Origin: a virus
IMG/VR virus record: IMGVR_UViG_3300031718_000005
Coordinates: 1-64,000 of that record
Length of the DNA: 64,000 nucleotides
Direction: 5' to 3' (one strand)
Part shown: piece by piece, positions 44,310-51,290 of the stretch
Layout: every line of letters begins with the position of its first letter
Numbering within the stretch: position 1 is the first letter of the stretch
Made by a program: the position numbers and the translations under genes
Notes under the pieces: model-generated
Databases searched by the model: none
The model's input: only the letters and a program-made list of their open reading frames with translations
What the model was told of the DNA's origin: nothing

Positions 44310-44821
44310 GCCGATTTGCGCTCCTTCTTGTCGTTAGGATCAACGCCTTCGGGATACCAACCCCAGTGATCGGAGTGGGAGTCGTATCGCTTCGATGGAG
44401 TTCCGTCAGCATTGAGAATCCGCACTACAAATTCTCCTGGTTTAGCCATCGAGTAACTGGAGATGTTCTTAGGGTGAACCATACCGACAGTCGCAGCTTC
44501 GTAGATTCCCTTTTCCTTTGGATCATAAATGTTTGTCCAGCGGCGAGTTTCCCATTTAACCAGTTTTGTTCCAATAGGCCACTTACCGCCTTCGCCGGTC
44601 AATGCGATACGCTCTCGCTCTGCGGTAGTAGCTGCGCTGGCCGCTACAAATGCTTCATGCAGCCGCTTCAGTTCCGCACCATAGGTTTCGTTAAGGTCGT
44701 ATTCGATCTCGGCATATGCCTTTGAGCGCCGGTCAGTGCGCTCCTGCTCAACCGAGTACTTCAAGTTTTGATAGTCTGCTCCGGATTCGCGTTCGATCTT
44801 TTCCAGTTGCTTCAGCGTCAT
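44306..44821 (-). CDS. hypothetical protein
   Basis: 171 aa. First gene downstream of the 467-nt ORF-free region. Confidence 0.55.
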   Translation of the reverse strand: MTLKQLEKIERESGADYQNLKYSVEQERTDRRSKAYAEIEYDLNETYGAELKRLHEAFVAASAATTAERERIALTGEGGKWPIGTKLVKWETRRWTNIYDPKEKGIYEAATVGMVHPKNISSYSMAKPGEFVVRILNADGTPSKRYDSHSDHWGWYPEGVDPNDKKERKSA

Positions 44822-45288
44822 GGTTTCTCACTTCTTCGGAACCGCTGTGGACCCTATTGAAAGAACAGATTGGAGGCTCTGTCCTTCCCCCTCTAGATCC
44901 CAACGGCTCCGAAGAAGCGCCCTCGTGAGAAGGCCGGGGACTCCAGGGTTCGTGGATCAGGAGTCCTAAAAGGCTGGTCATCCCGAGAACCGACCATCCC
45001 CATTACCACAGGGACTAAGGCTTATCAATTTTGAAAGGAGAGCGGTCCCCGTTCCCCCGAGATTACCCGCTCTCCCCAATTGCTAACTTTCGGGATCTTC
45101 GCCCGTGCAGGGATCTTGGCCCAAGCCAGCAAGACTACTTGCTGGGCGGTAGAAAGGAGCCGGTGCGAAAGCACCGCGCGGCATTACCCGCACACGCCCA
45201 GCAAGCTGGATGGAGGCTGACAGCTTTAAAGTCTGCTATGGATCGAAAGGCTACGCATCCGACAGCCCCCATAAACCGCACAAGTTCG
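44822..45288. other. ORF-free, hairpin-rich intergenic region (candidate structured RNA or leader)
   Basis: Contains a 13/14-bp long-range stem, 9-bp, 8-bp and 7-bp stems, and a 6-bp stem capped by GAAA. Only an R/P-rich ORF crosses it. Confidence 0.5.
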
Positions 45289-45810
45289 TTACGTCGGACT
45301 TCCCTCTCTCCGTTGCAGTTCGGCGATTAGCTCGTCACTGGTGAACTTCGCGAGTTGTTCCTGGATCGACTGCGTCTCCTGCTGTGGCGGAAAGAGCGGC
45401 TCCGGCATTGCTCCACTGTCCGCTTGGGTTACTTCTCCGGTCAGGGCGTTGATCCAGGAACCGTCCGGTTGTAGAAGCTCCGCCTCTACCTTGCCTTCAA
45501 AAGGGCCATCGAGACCCTGGAAGTCCTGGTGATCTGCCAACGAGCGACCGAGCAGATACTTCTCCATGCCGTCGATGTCGCTGGTCTGTATTGATGCTTG
45601 GGGCGCGTTTCCAGGATCGTCTTTGCGCCGGGGAAGATAGTGCCCCGCCGCCACGTCCACAGCGTCACGATCTCGTGACACGACGCGGAAAAAGTCTGTT
45701 ATGTTCGCCTGGAACTTCACGAGCGCAGTGCGGAAACCGTCCGCGTCAATCGAACGAGCATCTAGTTGTTTCAGCGCTGCCAGTTTCATTTGTTTCACAT
45801 CATCAGCCAT
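45289..45810 (-). CDS. hypothetical protein
   Basis: 173 aa, acidic. Confidence 0.55.
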   Translation of the reverse strand: MADDVKQMKLAALKQLDARSIDADGFRTALVKFQANITDFFRVVSRDRDAVDVAAGHYLPRRKDDPGNAPQASIQTSDIDGMEKYLLGRSLADHQDFQGLDGPFEGKVEAELLQPDGSWINALTGEVTQADSGAMPEPLFPPQQETQSIQEQLAKFTSDELIAELQRREGSPT

Positions 45811-45868
45811 TTAGTTCTCCTTCTGGTTTAGTAGTGCGTTTCTGTGTTGGCCCCCGCATGGAAGCATA

Positions 45869-46132
45869 TTACCGTAATTTGTTCTCCATCTCCCGCATGC
45901 GCTTGTGTTTGAGGTTGGAGACGTATTTCTCTAAAGCATTGCGCAGTTCGTGTGTATCTGACTTGTAGAAGAATTTGACGCCAACACGGATAACATACCT
46001 GGACTGCACTGGGTTCATCGGCATGTAGCCAGCGTAGTCCATGAAATACTTCTCCAACTCTTTACCGTCCATTGCAAGAACGTCATCAACCGACTTACCA
46101 GCGATCACGGCAGCAACCCCCACCATCTCCAC
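45869..46132 (-). CDS. hypothetical protein
   Basis: 87 aa. Confidence 0.5.
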   Translation of the reverse strand: MEMVGVAAVIAGKSVDDVLAMDGKELEKYFMDYAGYMPMNPVQSRYVIRVGVKFFYKSDTHELRNALEKYVSNLKHKRMREMENKLR

Positions 46133-46596
46133 TTCACCACTGGCGTCTGAGGCATTAACGCCGCAACCTGCCCCTGAAGATTCACTATCGCGAGCTTCTG
46201 TATCTCGATCTGCCGGTCGCGTTCGACGATCTCGTAGCTCAGTTCGTTGATGCGCTGGCAGTAGATTTTCTCTACTTCGGCGAAGTAGTTGCCCTGCGTC
46301 TCCGGGCCGTGCTCGTTGAAGCGCTTCACGAAGGCTTGGCGGTCGCCTACGTTCAGGCTCTCTAGGTGCGCTAGTTCCATGCGACAGAGGGCGCTGCGGA
46401 CTTCGGTGTCGTCGGGTGTCATGCTATTTCCCCTTTCCTCGCGAATCGCTGAGCGGAGCCAGCTTGCAGCCACCTGATTGAGAATGCTTTGCAGTTCCAT
46501 CGCCGTAAGATCGAAGACTTGCACTATCTGCACAACGCTCTCAGCTAGCTTCAGGTGCGCTTCGCTGACTTGACGCTGTCTCTCGTGCATCTTCAT
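46105..46596 (-). CDS. hypothetical protein
   Basis: 163 aa, helical. Confidence 0.5.
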   Translation of the reverse strand: MKMHERQRQVSEAHLKLAESVVQIVQVFDLTAMELQSILNQVAASWLRSAIREERGNSMTPDDTEVRSALCRMELAHLESLNVGDRQAFVKRFNEHGPETQGNYFAEVEKIYCQRINELSYEIVERDRQIEIQKLAIVNLQGQVAALMPQTPVVKWRWWGLLP

Positions 46597-46964
46597 TTGC
46601 CCTTCTTCCTCTCTGCCAAAGCTGGCCTCAGATACACGCGTTCGAGTGAGTTGGCGATCTCGCTAAATGGTACTCCTGAATCATTGAGGCTTGCGGCGGT
46701 ATCGGGATATTCCAGTAGGGGATTTGTTTTTCTGATCCCAAGCCAAATCTGCACTGGACCGGGCAACGTGGATGACTCACGAAAATCATCAATAATAAAT
46801 ACCCCGGCTCTCCAGCGACCCAGTCCTGTCGTTCGCCGGAAGACCTCGCACGCCACGCCTAAGCAGCAAAACTTGCGGTCATCGCGTAGCTGGTTTTGTG
46901 CCTGCCTGAACTCGCCGCTACGGAGCGCTTTGAGCCATAGCTTCATGTGGGATATGTTAATCAT
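46593..46964 (-). CDS. hypothetical protein (CCLG-motif family)
   Basis: WLKALRSGEFRQ...KFCCLGVACEVF...SLNDSGVPFSEIA. Related motifs occur in 50090-50461 and 59532-59951. Confidence 0.55.
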   Translation of the reverse strand: MINISHMKLWLKALRSGEFRQAQNQLRDDRKFCCLGVACEVFRRTTGLGRWRAGVFIIDDFRESSTLPGPVQIWLGIRKTNPLLEYPDTAASLNDSGVPFSEIANSLERVYLRPALAERKKGK

Positions 46965-47173
46965 TTGGCCTTTTTCCGTCTCGCGTCCTTCTCCAGCCTC
47001 ACCAGCGCACGGCGGAGGAACTGGCGGAGCTTGGGGCTATTCGTGCCGCCACCCCACCAATTGGCGGGAGACGGGGAATGCCAAGTCAAGTACATGCCTC
47101 TAATACCCGAATTATCTTCCGGCAACAAGCGGAGATGGCTACCGTTCTCGGATACGAACTCTAGGTCCTTCAT
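46961..47173 (-). CDS. hypothetical protein
   Basis: 70 aa, ATGA-coupled. Confidence 0.45.
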   Translation of the reverse strand: MKDLEFVSENGSHLRLLPEDNSGIRGMYLTWHSPSPANWWGGGTNSPKLRQFLRRALVRLEKDARRKKAK

Positions 47174-47523
47174 TTGCCATTCTCCCGCTTGGGCCGCTTC
47201 AAGAACTGCGACCCTTTCGCTCTTTCCCTCAGGCGCTTGACGGCTTCCTCTGCTAACTCCTGCGCCATGTGGTGCCCATTGCCGTGAATCAACCCAGCGC
47301 CTTCAGCACGCTCAAACCATAATGCGGCCCGGTATACGTCATTACCCAAGTCTTCTTCAATAGACGCGAGAGTGAGAACCTTCTTCTTCCGAAGCTCCGG
47401 CTTTGGCAAAAACGCCCGCAGCGCCTGCTCGGTAATCGCGTGCATCTTTAAGCCGGTATGAGCGCTGTATTCCTTTACCGCATCCCTGATCTCGTCAGAA
47501 ACGAGCATGTTCAATCCAGGCAT
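47170..47523 (-). CDS. ribbon-helix-helix (CopG/Arc-type) regulator, probably leaderless
   Basis: MPGLNMLVSDEIRDAVKEYSAHTGLKMHAITEQALRAFL. No SD sequence, and a -10-like hexamer lies 6 nt upstream of the ATG. Confidence 0.5.
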   Translation of the reverse strand: MPGLNMLVSDEIRDAVKEYSAHTGLKMHAITEQALRAFLPKPELRKKKVLTLASIEEDLGNDVYRAALWFERAEGAGLIHGNGHHMAQELAEEAVKRLRERAKGSQFLKRPKRENGK

Positions 47524-47529
47524 GAGAAG

Positions 47530-47558
47530 AGGATAACACAGGGAAAACTGGATTGCAA
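47530..47558 (-). promoter_or_regulatory. candidate leftward promoter
   Basis: On the minus strand, TTGCAA-17 nt-TATCCT ends 6 nt before the ATG at 47523. Confidence 0.35.
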
Positions 47559-47588
47559 CAATAATTTTCAACTGACAACAAAAATGTC

Positions 47589-47617
47589 TTGACTTCGCCC
47601 TGTGGCTGGTTTACGAT
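47589..47617 (+). promoter_or_regulatory. candidate rightward early promoter
   Basis: TTGACT-17 nt-TACGAT. Divergent from the RHH gene. Confidence 0.45.
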
Positions 47618-47623
47618 TGGTTC

Positions 47624-47779
47624 ATGAGCATCGACCGCAACCTCGAAAGCAGCATGGGGAAAGTGCCAACATCCTCCGAACTAGCGGCTGAGCGGCGTAT
47701 TTGGGGCGCAGAGCCGGTGGAGCAAAGCGCTGGCGACCCATTCGATGAAACGGATTGGTATGAGGAGGAATCGGAATGA
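47624..47779 (+). CDS. small acidic protein (51 aa)
   Basis: Hand-translated MSIDRNLESS...DWYEEESE. The stop overlaps the ATG at 47776. Confidence 0.35.
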   Translation: MSIDRNLESSMGKVPTSSELAAERRIWGAEPVEQSAGDPFDETDWYEEESE

Positions 47780-48006
47780 GCGTCTGGTACGAAACCTGCA
47801 TTGAGCAGAAGGGTGAGATCCGCGATGTAATCGTGCGCGGCAATCTAGAAGGGGCGAAACGAGCTATAGACCAACTGAAAGTTGATTGGCCGAAATTCGA
47901 CATGATCTTTGTCCGGCAACACGGCAAGCGTAAACGCGGCGAAACCTCTCAGGACAGTTTTCGCGTCCTCCAGAAACTTACGATTAAACCCGAGGTAGCA
48001 GCATGA
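47776..48006 (+). CDS. hypothetical early protein
   Basis: 76 aa. GAGGAGGAA lies upstream. Confidence 0.55.
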   Translation: MSVWYETCIEQKGEIRDVIVRGNLEGAKRAIDQLKVDWPKFDMIFVRQHGKRKRGETSQDSFRVLQKLTIKPEVAA

Positions 48007-48233
48007 GCCACTACCCAGTAGGTTGCAGCGCTTCGGACGTAGACCGCTCCTCGAATGGCGATGCGGAATATGTTGACGAACTCGACGAGCTTTGCGTATT
48101 GGACTGCGGACACTCAGGAACGATTCGCAACGCTGAAGAAGCGGCAGGCCAGTTGATCTGTGAACCTTGTTTCATTGCACGGAAAGCGTTCATCACCGAG
48201 TTGATGGGCGGGTTGAGGAGCTTGGCGCAATGA
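48003..48233 (+). CDS. small Cys-containing protein
   Basis: 76 aa with CVLDCGH ... CEPC. Confidence 0.5.
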   Translation: MSHYPVGCSASDVDRSSNGDAEYVDELDELCVLDCGHSGTIRNAEEAAGQLICEPCFIARKAFITELMGGLRSLAQ

Positions 48234-48424
48234 TGCACCCTATTGAGATTCGCGAGCAACACGCCAATTTACTAGCAGAGATTCAGGAATTGCTTGGATT
48301 CTGCCAAGATTTAATGCTGGTGGTTACCGGCGGTGCACCACAGGAACAACTTAACAGTGTGCGTGGGAATATGATTCACTGTTGCGAACGCATCGGCAAT
48401 ATTGCCGCCAGGATCGGAAGGTGA
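48230..48424 (+). CDS. hypothetical protein
   Basis: 64 aa from the ATG that overlaps the upstream TGA. Confidence 0.45.
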   Translation: MMHPIEIREQHANLLAEIQELLGFCQDLMLVVTGGAPQEQLNSVRGNMIHCCERIGNIAARIGR

Positions 48425-48443
48425 TGGGCGGGTTGAGGAATCT

Positions 48444-49061
48444 ATGCCAGTAAAATCTACAATTAACGCTCTTGATCCAGTCTCGAACGATGCCGAAGTT
48501 GACATCCTCGCAGGCCAACCATACACCGTGTGCGCGACAGTCGTCGGCACTGCGCCGATTCTATTTCACCGTTGGAGCGTGGAAGGCGTGGCCGAGAAAG
48601 CCAAGGCTGCGAAGGGCAGTAAGGCCAAGAAGGAAGACAATCTCGAAAGCTACGTCTACCGTGATCAGCGCGGGCACATAGCGATTCCGGCTGAGTACTT
48701 TCGTATGGCGATTATCACGGCTGCAAAGTTCAAACAAGACCCGCGTTCGCCACGGAAATCAGCAATGGACCTTTTCAAGGCTGGGATCGCAATTGGCGAA
48801 GAGTACTGCTCTTTGGGCAAGAGCGAATGGGATTATGTTGACCAACGGCGTGTGGCGGTCCAGCGCAACGGTATTACGCGCTGTCGGCCAGCAATGCAGA
48901 CCGGCTGGAAAACTGACGTGATCCTGTCGGTTCTCTTACCGGAATACATCAACGTTGAACTTCTCAATGAAGTCATGCAGAGTGCGGGTCGGCTGATCGG
49001 CGTGGGCGATTTTCGACCGTCATACGGGCGCTTTCAGATCATTGGTTTCTCGGTAGTGTGA
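48444..49061 (+). CDS. hypothetical early protein
   Basis: 205 aa. GAGGAA lies upstream. C-terminal GRLIGVGDFRPSYGRFQI. Confidence 0.55.
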   Translation: MPVKSTINALDPVSNDAEVDILAGQPYTVCATVVGTAPILFHRWSVEGVAEKAKAAKGSKAKKEDNLESYVYRDQRGHIAIPAEYFRMAIITAAKFKQDPRSPRKSAMDLFKAGIAIGEEYCSLGKSEWDYVDQRRVAVQRNGITRCRPAMQTGWKTDVILSVLLPEYINVELLNEVMQSAGRLIGVGDFRPSYGRFQIIGFSVV

Positions 49062-49360
49062 GCCGAGGCTAGGCGAGATCTGGCGAGGTATGGCGTGGAT
49101 GGGTCAGGCGTGGTTTCGGAAAGGCGTGACACGGTATGGTTAGGCTGGGCCCGGTGAGGCGCGGTAGTGTTTGGTGTGGCGCGTTCGGGCTGGGCACGGT
49201 TCCCTATGGTGTAGTTTGGAGCGGTTAGCCGAGGCGAGGCGGTGTCAGGTTCGGCAGGATGCGGTATGGCGTGGCACGCTCAGGAGCGGTATGGTGCGTT
49301 CAGACGGGCCATGGTCTGGTTCAGCATGGTCGGGACAGGTCAGGTCAGCTAAGGCATGGA
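49062..49360 (+). repeat. G/T-skewed tract with 5-nt-phased GG (degenerate NNGGY pentamers)
   Basis: Hand count in 5-nt register: 35 of 49 pentamers from 49116 have GG at positions 3-4. Of the preceding 11 pentamers, 9 have GG at positions 2-3. Confidence 0.75.
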
Positions 49361-49369
49361 TTATTAAAA

Positions 49370-49570
49370 ATGGAAAACATCACAGAAGAACAGGTTTTGA
49401 AGTGGTTCGAGACTGCCGAATTACAAGACGCCATCGTCATCAACGCTACGGCTGCTGGCGTTATTCGGATGAGGCAGCAGCAGAACGGGCGGAAACGCCG
49501 CAGTGACGCGGGCCAGAAGCGGAAGGCTGAGGAGCCGGTGTTGAATTTCGATCCAAAGGACAGGCCATAA
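49370..49570 (+). CDS. small basic protein
   Basis: MENITEEQVLKWFE... 66 aa. The part of ORF 49259-49570 upstream of this ATG lies in the pentamer tract and was rejected. Confidence 0.45.
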   Translation: MENITEEQVLKWFETAELQDAIVINATAAGVIRMRQQQNGRKRRSDAGQKRKAEEPVLNFDPKDRP

Positions 49571-50461
49571 ATGTTTGACATCATCAATCGATATACGCAA
49601 GCTGTGCTTTACCACAGCGAGACTGCCACTACCGTCAAAGAAGCTGTCGTGGCGGCTGTCGCTACTAAAGCCAACCTGCGCGATGCCGACCTGGGCGGTG
49701 CCTACCTGCGCGGTGCCAACCTGCGCGATGCCGACCTGGGCGGTGCCAACCTGGGCGGTGCCTACCTGCGCGGTGCCAACCTGCGCGATGCCGACCTGGG
49801 CGATGCCGACCTGGGCGGTGCCGACCTGCGCGATGCCAACCTGGGCGGTGCCAACCTGGGCGGTGCCGACCTGCGCGGTGCCAACCTGCGCGGTGCCAAC
49901 CTGCGCGATGCCAACCTGGGCGGTGCCAACCTGGGCGGTGCCTACCTGCGCGGTGCCGACCTGCGCGATGCCAACCTGGGCGGTGCCGACCTGGGCGGTG
50001 CCTACCTGCGCGGTGCCAACCTGCGCGATGCCGACCTGGGCGGTGCCAACCTGCGCGATGCCAACCTGGGCGGTGCCGACCTGGGCGAATTCAGGACCGA
50101 TCTAATTGCTGAGATTCTGAAACTGCCTGATGAGCTTGAAAATCTTCGCGATCAGTTGATTGCCGGTAAAATCAGCGGCTCGACCTATACCGGCGAGTGT
50201 GCTTGTTTGGCTGGGACAATCGCTAAGCATCGTGGGCTCACTACAATCTCAAGCGGAGACGTAATGTCGGACAATGCCGTAAAGTTCCAGGTTGACAGCT
50301 CTTCGCCTCGTGAAAAATGGTTCCTGAATGTCCAGAAGGGCGACACGCCGGAAACAAGCCAGATCGCCAAGATCACGCTCGGCTGGATTGAGGAGGCGAT
50401 TGCGATACGCGATCACATCCGAGCAGTACCGGCGAAGCTGCTGGAGGAGATAAAGCGATGA
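49571..50461 (+). CDS. pentapeptide-repeat protein with a C-terminal CxxG-family domain
   Basis: 28 consecutive A(N/D/Y)L(R/G)(G/D) pentapeptides, followed by ...YTGECACLAGTIAKHRGL... Confidence 0.85.
   Translation: MFDIINRYTQAVLYHSETATTVKEAVVAAVATKANLRDADLGGAYLRGANLRDADLGGANLGGAYLRGANLRDADLGDADLGGADLRDANLGGANLGGADLRGANLRGANLRDANLGGANLGGAYLRGADLRDANLGGADLGGAYLRGANLRDADLGGANLRDANLGGADLGEFRTDLIAEILKLPDELENLRDQLIAGKISGSTYTGECACLAGTIAKHRGLTTISSGDVMSDNAVKFQVDSSSPREKWFLNVQKGDTPETSQIAKITLGWIEEAIAIRDHIRAVPAKLLEEIKR
49670..50089 (+). repeat. 28 tandem 15-nt units GCC(A/G/T)ACCTG(C/G)GCG(G/A)T
   Basis: All 28 units were enumerated by hand. Only positions 4, 10 and 14 vary, plus position 15 in the last unit. 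Confidence 0.95.
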
Positions 50462-50655
50462 CGAACCTTGACTTGATTCGTGAATTGCGCGGGAATGTCT
50501 GTCGATGCGGCAAGCCCAAACAACCGAAACAAACATTCTGTCGGAAGTGTTACTTCTCGCTTCCAGAGGAAAAACGGCAAGCGCTTTACAGTCGCGTTGG
50601 CGAAGGATACGCCGAAGCCTACGAGGACGCAATTTGCGAACTGGACGCAAGGTAA
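50458..50655 (+). CDS. small zinc-binding protein
   Basis: CRCGKPKQPKQTFCRKC. ATGA coupling. Confidence 0.5.
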   Translation: MTNLDLIRELRGNVCRCGKPKQPKQTFCRKCYFSLPEEKRQALYSRVGEGYAEAYEDAICELDAR

Positions 50656-50682
50656 CGGTACTTCAGAAGGATTTAAGCCCGC

Positions 50683-50977
50683 AACTAGCGTGGTGAGAAT
50701 GTTTGTAGCTGGCGTCGGAGTGGAAAGACACTCAGGCAGGGGTGCTGGATAAGCGAACCCAGGCAGGTTTCAGCAGATTAAGTTCGTAGCGCTGCCGATC
50801 AACTTCATAGCCGGTGAAAAACGGCACGCCAGCAAAGTAACTAGCGGGGTGAGAACTGAGTTAGTCTGATTTCACCTAGGAGCCGGAACGCGCACAGGTT
50901 GAAGGTTTTGGTGAACTGCGCAATTGGGTCAACCGCGATTGCGTAGCGGCTCCGAATGAAGGCAGATTGGTGAACTG
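50683..50977. promoter_or_regulatory. iteron-like direct repeats in a 390-nt intergenic region
   Basis: AACTAGCG(T/G)GGTGAGAA(T/C)TG at 50683 and 50839. TGAAGG-n-TTGGTGAACTG at 50908-50918 and 50967-50977. Confidence 0.5.
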
Positions 50978-51044
50978 AAGGCCCTTTTCCCTAGGCGGAT
51001 CTAGACCGCTGTATGGCTTAACAGCGTACCAGGGGAGAGGGGCC

Positions 51045-51290
51045 TTGAGTTCATGGGAGGTTCTATTGGCTGAGCAATTGGTTGAGGATCGCATCGCGGC
51101 GGCGAGACTGGCTCGGGCGAGAGCTTTGGCGGTCTTGGTAAAGAACGATTGCATTCGGCTCTTGATCGGGTTGACCGACGACGAATGGCAAAACATGGCG
51201 GTTCAGGCCAAGATCAACGCTCAGAAGCCGCCTAGCGAAGAGACGCGGCAGATGTTACTGGATATCGTGAAAGGGTGGAAGTGCGAATGA
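51045..51290 (+). CDS. hypothetical protein
   Basis: TTG start. 81 aa, helical. Confidence 0.5.
   Translation: MSSWEVLLAEQLVEDRIAAARLARARALAVLVKNDCIRLLIGLTDDEWQNMAVQAKINAQKPPSEETRQMLLDIVKGWKCE

Noticed and set aside
44822-45288. A tmRNA, tRNA or RNase P gene in the structured intergenic region. Also considered for the tRNA-like GGATTCGACCC at about 60599 and GGTTCACGACC at about 57199.
   Set aside because: There is no acceptor/T-arm geometry (5-bp stem plus TTCRANY loop), no CCA-proximal pairing and no P4-type consensus. Similarity is limited to a few bases.
45031-45330. 99-codon plus-strand ORF in the intergenic region.
   Set aside because: It has a TTG start and an R/P-rich, low-complexity translation. 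It is antisense to the operon direction and overlaps the 3' end of gene 45289-45810.
48444-49061. Possible RAMP/Cas-like protein, based on the C-terminal IGVGDFRPSYGRFQI glycine-rich loop.
   Set aside because: This is a single short motif. No other RAMP blocks, no cas neighbours and no array are present. The evidence is insufficient without a profile search.
49171-49369. ORF-track ORFs 49171-49506 and the 5' part of 49259-49570, which cross the GG tract.
   Set aside because: The 5-nt periodicity is incompatible with codon structure, and the translations are R/G/W/S-rich. A clean ATG at 49370 starts the plausible small protein.
49670-50089. Whether the 15-nt array is a CRISPR array or a DGR variable region.
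   Set aside because: The units are contiguous with no spacers and lie in frame in a gene, so this is not CRISPR. No reverse transcriptase and no template repeat were seen in the window. The second A of AAC never varies, unlike adenine-directed DGR mutagenesis.
49575-50105. 176-codon alternative-frame ORF (PTCAMPTWAVPT...) inside the pentapeptide-repeat gene.
   Set aside because: It is open only because the 15-nt unit has no stop in that frame. The A(N/D)LxG frame is the biologically sensible one and continues into a normal C-terminal domain.
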